DNA of 32,000 nucleotides, from NCBI RefSeq assembly GCF_049243625.1, contig NZ_CP046975.1; one strand, 5' to 3'. The notes beneath the pieces are model-generated. The model was not told where the DNA came from. It saw only the letters and a list, made by a program, of their open reading frames with translations, and searched no databases. The stretch comes from Corynebacterium amycolatum (GTDB lineage: Bacteria; Actinomycetota; Actinomycetes; Mycobacteriales; Mycobacteriaceae). Position 1 is the first letter of the stretch; every line of letters starts with the position of its first letter. The position numbers and the translations under genes were made by a program. Positions 18,675 through 25,279 of this stretch are shown in pieces.

Positions 18675-18835
18675 TATTCGGCGACGCACTCACTAATGAG
18701 TGGACGTATCGTCAGATTTCTTTCCACTTGACGCCGTTTCTTCTCGTCGTCCACGCCGAGTCTCCTTGGTTTACTTTTTATCCAGTTAACTCTCTTTCCC
18801 GAAGATTTTCTTCATTTAGATAGTTGGCGTGGGCA

Positions 18836-19921
18836 TTAGGGGACTCGGTGAGTCCAGCCCTCCGTGCCGTATTTGGTGTCAATAAGATGCTGCGCCGCAG
18901 CGAAGTCCTCATCGGAAAGCGATGCCTCGGCGGCACCGTAGCGGTTGATGAATGTCTGCTTCATCGTGTCAATGACTTCCGCGCGGCTGGCACCGGTCTG
19001 GCGACGGAGCGGATCGACGCGCTTCTTCGCGCTGCGCAGGCCCTTATCGGCAATCTTGGCCTTGCCAATGCGCAGGACTTCCATCATTTTGTCAGCGTCG
19101 ATGTCATAACTCATGGTGACGTGGTGAAGCACTGTTGAGCCACGGCGCTTCTGTGCGGCACCACCAATCTTGCCGCCATCGGAGGTGATGTCATTGATGG
19201 GGACATACCACGCATTGACCCCGAGCTGCGCAAGTGCAGCGATGACCCAGCGGTCGAGGAATTCATAGGATTCGACGTAGCTAAGACCAGCGACCAGCTT
19301 CTCTGGTACATAGATCGAGTAGGTGACGCAGTTGCCGCCCTCCATGAACATCGCGCCACCGCCGGAGAGACGACGCACCACTTGCACATCGTGCTTCTCT
19401 ACACCCTCGGGCTCGAGTTCGTTGACATAAGACTGATATGAACCGATCACAGTGGCACGATCATCCCAATCCCAGAAACGCAGAGTCGGTCCGCGCTGCC
19501 CGGAATTGACTTGATCAAGAAGGACCTCGTCGAGCGCAACATTCATCACCGTCGGCAGGACACCCGGCTGCAAAACCTCCCACTCCAAATCAGTGAAGTC
19601 GACGGCCTGTGTCAGTGCACGTCGAACGACTTGCGCAATGATGTGGGTATCAAAACCGTGCAGTCGCACCTCGCGGCCAGACTGATCCTCAAAATCCTTC
19701 AGCGCCGCATCGAGGCGAGCCTGTAGGCGTTCCGTATTGTCCCCGGCAGGCGCACCGAGGAGAGCGTCATTAATAATGTCGTAGGCTTCATCGGGTTCGA
19801 GGAAAAAATCGCCCGAAATGCTTATCGACGAAATCGTGTCACCTGTGGTCTCGCAGTCGGCAACAACCAATTTGCCGCCGGGAACCTTCATTTCTGAGTG
19901 AAATTTCTGTGCGGGGGTCAT
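18836..19921 (-). CDS. lplA: Lipoate-protein ligase, circularly permuted (accessory domain N-terminal)
   Basis: Catalytic-domain motifs RRLSGGGAMFMEGGN and GGKIGGAAQKR lie in the C-terminal two thirds. The N-terminal 90 aa or so (KVPGGKLVVADCE...ISGDFFLEP) looks like the LplA C-terminal accessory domain. Confidence 0.85.
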   Translation of the reverse strand: MTPAQKFHSEMKVPGGKLVVADCETTGDTISSISISGDFFLEPDEAYDIINDALLGAPAGDNTERLQARLDAALKDFEDQSGREVRLHGFDTHIIAQVVRRALTQAVDFTDLEWEVLQPGVLPTVMNVALDEVLLDQVNSGQRGPTLRFWDWDDRATVIGSYQSYVNELEPEGVEKHDVQVVRRLSGGGAMFMEGGNCVTYSIYVPEKLVAGLSYVESYEFLDRWVIAALAQLGVNAWYVPINDITSDGGKIGGAAQKRRGSTVLHHVTMSYDIDADKMMEVLRIGKAKIADKGLRSAKKRVDPLRRQTGASRAEVIDTMKQTFINRYGAAEASLSDEDFAAAQHLIDTKYGTEGWTHRVP

Positions 19922-19963
19922 GGGTTTCGATGGTACTCGTGCCGGGCGTTACGATGCCCCCCC

Positions 19964-20581
19964 GTGTTTACCTCATCGACTTTGGATCACCGTGCCCGCA
20001 AAATTGTTGCGTGGGTAGCAGGCCTGAATCTTCTCGGATTCTTCATTGAATTAATTGTTGCCTCAATTATTGGCTCCGCAGCGCTGTTCGCCGACGCTGC
20101 AGACTTTCTTGAAGATTTCCTCATCAACCTGCTGGTTCTCACCGCATTGGGTTGGTCGCTGGCGAGCCGTCGTAAAGCAAGCTTCGGCCTTGCCGGGCTA
20201 ATCCTGATTCCGGCGATTGCGGCGTTCGGCACTGCCATCTGGAAGATGATCAGCGGTGAGCCGCCAGAGCCGCTAACGCTGTCGGTGACTGCGATTATTG
20301 CGATGGTCATCAACCTGGTCTGCGCGATTTTGCTGATGAACCTGCGCAAAGCCGACAGTGCGCTCATGCGCGGCGCGTGGTTGGCGGCGCGTAACGACGT
20401 CCTGGCGAACCTGCTCATTCTCGCCGCTGGAGTGGTCACCATTTTCTGGTTCAGCGCATGGCCGGACATCGTCGTAGGACTTGTCATCGGCGTCATTAAT
20501 CTCACGGCCGCAAAGGAGGTCTACGAGCAGGCGCGTGCCGAAGACCCCGAGCTGGAGATGGATGACGATGACGACGACTAG
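19964..20581 (+). CDS. Cation-efflux (CDF)-like transporter, transmembrane domain only, poly-Asp C-terminus
   Basis: About 6 TM helices with LFADAADFLEDF in TM2 (a CDF-like DxxxD site). There is no cytoplasmic CTD and it ends ELEMDDDDDD. The ORF opens at 19898 but would then overlap the divergent lplA start, so GTG 19964 or TTG 19982 is more likely. Confidence 0.65.
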   Translation: MFTSSTLDHRARKIVAWVAGLNLLGFFIELIVASIIGSAALFADAADFLEDFLINLLVLTALGWSLASRRKASFGLAGLILIPAIAAFGTAIWKMISGEPPEPLTLSVTAIIAMVINLVCAILLMNLRKADSALMRGAWLAARNDVLANLLILAAGVVTIFWFSAWPDIVVGLVIGVINLTAAKEVYEQARAEDPELEMDDDDDD

Positions 20582-20595
20582 TGCAGACTAGTCGT
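20574..20595 (+). terminator. Hairpin enclosing the CDF stop codon (possible U-tract-less terminator)
   Basis: ACGACTAGT (20574-20582) / ACTAGTCGT (20587-20595), a 9-bp stem with loop GCAG. No T-tract follows; a G-rich tract does. Confidence 0.3.
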
Positions 20596-20643
20596 GTGTG
20601 GCGGGGTGCGGTAGGGCAATAGTAGGGGGGGGGCAGCTGGGGC

Positions 20644-21429
20644 CTACTTCCACATATCCTTCTGCCACTGCGGCTTATGAGCGTAGGTGAACTCGTAGTA
20701 TTCCTTGTTCTTCAGCTCACTGGCTGCAGCCTGATCAATCACAACCGTGGCCCGTGGGTGCAGCTGCAATACGGACGCGGGCATAGAAGCGCTCAGCGGG
20801 CCCTCGATGGAGGCGGCAATGGCATGCGCCTTTGCAAAACCTGTGGCCAGCAGCAGGAGGTGCCCCGCACGTGAAATGGTGCCAAGACCCTGGGTGACCA
20901 CGTGGTACGGCACGTCTTCGGTGGAGTCGAAGAAGCGGGCGTTATCCAGCACGGTCTGCGGGTGCAGCGTCTTAATGCGAGTCAGGGAACCGAAAGAGCT
21001 GGCGGGCTCGTTAAAACCGACATGCCCATTTGTGCCGATGCCCAGTAACTGAATGTCAATGCCGCCGGCCTCGATAATCTTGCGTTCGTAGTCCTCGCAG
21101 GCAGCGCCAATGTCGTCTGCGAGACCATCGGGAATATGGACCCGCGCCGGGTCGACATCCACGTGATCGGAAAACTCGTTGTGAATCACGTGGTAGTAGC
21201 TCTGCTCATGCTCGATGGGCAGGCCCACGTATTCGTCGAGTGCGAAGAAGCTGCAGTCCTTGAAAGTGACTTCACCAGCCCGATGGCGACGAATCAGCTC
21301 CCGATACGTCGCAAGCGGGGTCGATCCTGTTGCTACACCGAGGTTTGCACCCTTGTTGGCGTAGTGCGCGAGGTAATCCGAAGCGATGCTCGCGACTTCA
21401 GCCTCAGAATCGACGATGATGATTTCCAT
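20644..21429 (-). CDS. nagB: Glucosamine-6-phosphate deaminase
   Basis: LGVATGSTP, ALDEYVGLP and LGIGTNGHVGFNEP are canonical NagB motifs; 261 aa. Confidence 0.93.
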   Translation of the reverse strand: MEIIIVDSEAEVASIASDYLAHYANKGANLGVATGSTPLATYRELIRRHRAGEVTFKDCSFFALDEYVGLPIEHEQSYYHVIHNEFSDHVDVDPARVHIPDGLADDIGAACEDYERKIIEAGGIDIQLLGIGTNGHVGFNEPASSFGSLTRIKTLHPQTVLDNARFFDSTEDVPYHVVTQGLGTISRAGHLLLLATGFAKAHAIAASIEGPLSASMPASVLQLHPRATVVIDQAAASELKNKEYYEFTYAHKPQWQKDMWK

Positions 21430-21533
21430 GGTGGAACACTCCAGAAAACGAGGGCTCGTGGCAGAAAATGAAAAGGGGCGGGGCAGAATTCTAGTGACTC
21501 CACAACGCTAGGCGCTACAGCCCTATTCAGACG

Positions 21534-21590
21534 AGGTTAATCTGCCATTGGTTAATTCCTGTAATTACACTCTGTTTTTCTTGTTTATCA
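21534..21590 (-). promoter_or_regulatory. Putative nagB promoter (TTGATA-16 nt-TGTAAT) with a direct repeat ATTAACC-N8-ATTAACC just downstream
   Basis: On the - strand, -35 TTGATA is at 21590-21585 and -10 TGTAAT at 21568-21563. GGTTAAT occurs on + at 21534-21540 and 21549-21555. Sequence pattern only. Confidence 0.3.
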
Positions 21591-21604
21591 ACTTCTTCCG
21601 GGCA

Positions 21605-21651
21605 ACGAAAAACACTCAGGGCAACGCCACAGTTGGCGTTACTCTGAGTGT
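21605..21651 (-). terminator. Rho-independent terminator of the small secreted-protein gene
   Basis: 40-nt hairpin at 21612-21651 (ACACTCAG..AACGCCA cagt TGGCGTT..CTGAGTGT). On the - strand it is followed by TTTTTCGTT. It lies 30 nt after the stop at 21681. Confidence 0.7.
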
Positions 21652-21680
21652 GTTGGGGGCGTATTGTTTCTGGCCCTGGG

Positions 21681-21992
21681 CTACTTCACCCAGAAATTGC
21701 CGTCTTCGTCCTTGTAGATGATGTCACCAGCTTGAGCGACTTGGGTATCGTTGACCTGAAGCTCAACCAAATCCAGTGTTTCGACAATTGGTTCAACGTA
21801 CACGCCACCGTCAAACCAAACCTGGAAAGCATCGGCCGAAGTCGAAGATCCTGAGAAACGGTGCTGTTCGTATTTGTGCACCGGAGCAAATGGGCAGTTA
21901 ATCGCCTGTGCAATTGTCGGGGAAGCCACGACGGAGCCAAGTACGGCAGCGGCGCCGATGATAACAGCGGCGAGAGAGCGAGAGAACTTCAT
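21681..21992 (-). CDS. Small secreted protein, function unknown
   Basis: Sec signal peptide MKFSRSLAAVIIGAAAVLGSVVASPTIAQA|IN, a mature part of about 73 aa, and its own terminator. Confidence 0.65.
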   Translation of the reverse strand: MKFSRSLAAVIIGAAAVLGSVVASPTIAQAINCPFAPVHKYEQHRFSGSSTSADAFQVWFDGGVYVEPIVETLDLVELQVNDTQVAQAGDIIYKDEDGNFWVK

Positions 21993-22073
21993 AGTTAATT
22001 CCTTCCCGAGTCGGGGTTATGACGCAGTTATGGGGATGCCGAAGTGCGCACTGTCGGCTGCTGTTGCTGTGGG

Positions 22074-22388
22074 CTAGACTGAGCCTTCTTTTTCAATGAC
22101 AAGCATGCGCGCCTCGCCCTGCGGGTGCGCGACATGCTCGTCGCCGGCTTCTGCAAAACAGATAGTGCCAGGCGTTAATGTGCGTACGCATTCCTGTCCC
22201 GCATCGCGGTAGTGCATGTCGACGGCTCCGTCGACAACCACAAAGACCTCTTCGCCATCATTGATGTGCCACTTGTATGGCTGATTGCTCCAGTGGAGCC
22301 GGACGCTTGTGGCGCCAGTCATAGTGACAACATTCAGTGCACCCCACGGGCGATCAGCGGTGAAGTCTGCGGCTTCGATGAATTTCAT
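22074..22388 (-). CDS. Cupin domain protein
   Basis: 104 aa with a cupin beta-barrel pattern (HWSNQPYKWHINDGEEVFVVVDGAVDMHY...GDEHVAHP). Confidence 0.75.
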   Translation of the reverse strand: MKFIEAADFTADRPWGALNVVTMTGATSVRLHWSNQPYKWHINDGEEVFVVVDGAVDMHYRDAGQECVRTLTPGTICFAEAGDEHVAHPQGEARMLVIEKEGSV

Positions 22389-22463
22389 GAGCCAATTCTA
22401 AGCGGATTTCGTCCCGAGTGGAAAGGCCTGGATGAACGGCTGCCGTCCGGTGTCTAGCGCTAC

Positions 22464-23252
22464 CTACCGCCACTCGGCACTTGCCGGGTCAATACCTTCC
22501 TTACGGGCCTGAGCTTCAATCAACTCCAGCAGGTAGCCAGCATTGCCGCGGTAATACCGGTCAAACCGGGAATCAGCGACGTACATGCGAGCCAGCAGAA
22601 TCTGCTTTTCTCGACCGGCCTCGTAGAAGCGGGTAATAGAGGCCAAGTGACGGTCAACTAGCTCGGCCGCCTCTTCGGAACCTGGCTCCACGTGTCGCTC
22701 GGCAGCGTCGGCAAGCGCATCGGCAAAATCCTTAGCCTCTGCCTCAAGAGCAGCCCAGTCGTTATCCGTCATGTTTTTCTGAGCCTGCTGGGACTGCTCC
22801 CACTCGGTGGTGTCACCCCAGCGCTCCTCAGCCTCGGCCTCTAGATTCTGCCAGTCGCGGCCCAAGAGCTCTGCCTTCGTCTTTGCTTCCATCGTGTGTC
22901 CTTCCTCAATCAGTTTGTCCAGAGACTGCACCATGTGGTGCAGGGCAGCGATCTTCTCTGTGAGAACAGTTCGCTGTGCGAGCAAACGATCTTTCCGACT
23001 TCTCGAGGAGGAATCGCAGTGGATGAACTCCTCGATAGTCTTCAACGGCACACCAGCGGCGCGATAGACCAGAATCTCCAATGCCGTGTCGATATCCTCA
23101 TCGGTGTAGAGGCGGTAGTCGGACCACGTGCGATACTGCGGGCTGAGCAGCCCGATGGCATCCCAATGTCGCAGCGTGCGCGTTGTAACGCCCAGGAGCT
23201 CGGCTGCCTCGCCGATGGTGTACTCGTTGTCGTTGTTGCTCACGGGAATCAT
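22464..23252 (-). CDS. MerR family transcriptional regulator with a TipAS-type C-terminal antibiotic-recognition domain (TipAL/Mta-like)
   Basis: N-terminal HTH YTIGEAAELLGVTTRTLRHWDAIGLLSP...YRLYTDEDI, a coiled-coil linker, and a C-terminal helical domain (…ARMYVADSRFDRYY…). The true start may be GTG 23243 (see promoter feature). Confidence 0.88.
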   Translation of the reverse strand: MIPVSNNDNEYTIGEAAELLGVTTRTLRHWDAIGLLSPQYRTWSDYRLYTDEDIDTALEILVYRAAGVPLKTIEEFIHCDSSSRSRKDRLLAQRTVLTEKIAALHHMVQSLDKLIEEGHTMEAKTKAELLGRDWQNLEAEAEERWGDTTEWEQSQQAQKNMTDNDWAALEAEAKDFADALADAAERHVEPGSEEAAELVDRHLASITRFYEAGREKQILLARMYVADSRFDRYYRGNAGYLLELIEAQARKEGIDPASAEWR

Positions 23253-23282
23253 CTTTCTGTTTGACGTCGCGTCAAGGTCAAG
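23251..23282 (-). promoter_or_regulatory. Putative MerR-type promoter/operator: TTGACC-19 nt-AAAGAT with palindrome TTGACG-N3-CGTCAA in the spacer
   Basis: Palindrome TTGACGTCGCGTCAA at 23261-23275. Tandem GTCAAG GTCAAG at 23271-23282. The 19-nt spacer is typical of MerR-activated promoters. The -10 candidate overlaps the annotated ATG. Confidence 0.4.
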
Positions 23283-23363
23283 GCCAGATGCCGGAATCAG
23301 ATGAGGAAGTTTGCTGCGGCAGCCGCAGGAATGTCGTTCCCGCGATTGCCAACCTTCGGGCTC

Positions 23364-25139
23364 CTACCGCAAGAGCCGGAGCCTGTTGATTGCCGCCGTC
23401 ACCTCCTGGAAACGAGGCTCCGCGAGATGACCTGAATTATTGAACTCAGCTGTCGCGTCGAAGAGCGAATGACAAAAATTGTCGTACTCACGCTGGATTA
23501 GCTCGATAAGGTCAGTACGCCCATCGAGCTGCTTGACGACGGCCCCCAGAATCCGGGCAATTGCTTCTGTTTGGGAGGAATCCATCAATTGACTGACAGC
23601 GCGCAAGTCAAGATTGTCCTTGCCCACCTGAATCAGCTCGAGACCACGAGCACGCGGTGGCTTAGGCGGTTTCGCACCGCGGCCACGACCATCACGCCCG
23701 CCGCCACGTCCGCCGCGGTGACCGCCACGTCCGCGACCATCGCGGCCGTCATGCCCGCCACGGCTCTCACCGGCAGGAGAGCCTGCCTGCAGTAAACGCT
23801 CACCAATCTGCGCGAATGCTGGCGAAGGTGCAGCCGGAGTGGCAGATTCGCGAAGTTCACGGGCGCGCTCGGTGACGTCGTAAGGCGTGTACGCATCCAT
23901 AGCAATCACGGTGTCCGCGACATCGATGAACGCACCAGAACCACCAGCGACGATGACCGTGGAGATCCCGTGGTCCTCCCAGAGCTCGCGGACCCGTGCG
24001 ACCAGTGGAGTAATCGGCTCGCGGTCATCGGGGATGAGTCGGCGCATACGCTCATCGCGAATCATGAAGTTGGTCGCGGAGGTGTCCTCATCGATGAGCA
24101 GCACTCGCGCACCGGAACCCAGCGCCTCCATCAGGCCCGCAGCTTGGGAGGTCGACCCCGACGCGTTCGCCGTGGAAAACCGGGTCGTGTCATCACCGGA
24201 GGGAAGACCGTTGATAAACGGTGAGATATCCACACCAGTGATGGCCCGGCCGTCCTCGGCACGCAGCGCAACCGCAGTCTCGTCGGCGACCACAAACTCG
24301 CGGCCATCGCCAGCGACATGGTTATATACGCCCGTGACCAGGGAGGACAGCAGCGTGGACTTACCGTGATAACCGCCACCGACAATCAACGTCACGCCCC
24401 GCGGGATGCCCATGCCGTGCACCGTTTTCCCCGAAGGTAGCTGAAAACTGTGCTGCAACGATTCCGGCGAGGTAAACGCAGTCGCACCGGGCTTCGGCAG
24501 CTGGCTATTTCCCGCCTGACGGGGCAACACCGACCCGTCTGCCACAAACCCAATCAGGTCCGCGTCCGCCACTGCACGGCGCAATGAGTTCTGGTCATAC
24601 TCCAATTCCGCGGCTGCCTCGAGCGCATCGATGGGTGCGTTCACGATGGCGTCGTCAAGCGCGTCCAACAAATCCTCACAGATCAGACGCGCTGCCTCAC
24701 GGCCGAGAATGCGTCGGCCGCGGGCGGGCAGTTGGATTTCCAGGCAGATCTGGAGGGCATCATCATGCTTATCGACGTCGTGCGCATCCCCACGGAGCTC
24801 AGCGACAGCTGCTCGACGCAAAACCTGCTGACCTGGGGGATCGATAAACAGACCGCGGCCATACTTCTTAAACGCGCGCACGAGGCGACGGTTCAATAAG
24901 TCGAGCTCTGCCGTGCTGAACCTGCCCGGTTGTGCGCGGGATGCGCCGCGATAGTCCAGCACTGACAGCGGAATGTGGACGCGTGCCCGTGATGCTGGGG
25001 CGTAAGGGTCGGATTGGACCTTGTCGATAAACAGTGTCGTGTCGAGATCCGGCAGGTCGTGGGAGCCACGAAGAGATTTGTATGCACCGTAGCTCTTGCC
25101 ATCGAGGTTGGAAAGACGTCGATAAAGGTCAGCGGGCAT
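23364..25139 (-). CDS. 'Predicted ATPase of the ABC class' family protein (Pfam ABC_ATPase-like) with an RGG-rich insertion
   Basis: The ATG at 25139 (MPADLYRRLSNLDGKSYGAYKSLRG) gives 591 aa. Walker A-like LIVGGGYHGKSTLLSSL and Walker B-like ARVLLIDEDTSATNFM are present. The longer ORF to 25436 runs over the divergent promoter and is unlikely. Confidence 0.8.
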   Translation of the reverse strand: MPADLYRRLSNLDGKSYGAYKSLRGSHDLPDLDTTLFIDKVQSDPYAPASRARVHIPLSVLDYRGASRAQPGRFSTAELDLLNRRLVRAFKKYGRGLFIDPPGQQVLRRAAVAELRGDAHDVDKHDDALQICLEIQLPARGRRILGREAARLICEDLLDALDDAIVNAPIDALEAAAELEYDQNSLRRAVADADLIGFVADGSVLPRQAGNSQLPKPGATAFTSPESLQHSFQLPSGKTVHGMGIPRGVTLIVGGGYHGKSTLLSSLVTGVYNHVAGDGREFVVADETAVALRAEDGRAITGVDISPFINGLPSGDDTTRFSTANASGSTSQAAGLMEALGSGARVLLIDEDTSATNFMIRDERMRRLIPDDREPITPLVARVRELWEDHGISTVIVAGGSGAFIDVADTVIAMDAYTPYDVTERARELRESATPAAPSPAFAQIGERLLQAGSPAGESRGGHDGRDGRGRGGHRGGRGGGRDGRGRGAKPPKPPRARGLELIQVGKDNLDLRAVSQLMDSSQTEAIARILGAVVKQLDGRTDLIELIQREYDNFCHSLFDATAEFNNSGHLAEPRFQEVTAAINRLRLLR

Positions 25140-25279
25140 ATTGCTACTTTCGTTGAGGGAATTCGGTGTTCTTCCCGCGAGTGTAGCGACTGAGCGCCGG
25201 ATGAGAATTGCCGTCGGGCGACACAGCGGGGCTGCCGCATACGGTAGCGCCGTTGCTACAGGCAGGTAGCGTGAGAGCC

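Noticed and set aside
18671-18754. Interpreting the 27-aa ORF (…SECVAEY) as a RiPP, mycofactocin or PQQ-like precursor.
   Set aside because: No radical-SAM or other maturase genes are nearby, and the C-terminal motif does not match MftA (…GVY) or PqqA (E-x3-Y) spacing. It is kept only as a generic small-ORF candidate.
19956-19962. C7 homopolymer in the lplA/CDF divergent spacer as a phase-variation switch.
   Set aside because: It is short, lies outside a confidently placed start codon or promoter element, and I could derive no on/off reading-frame consequence.
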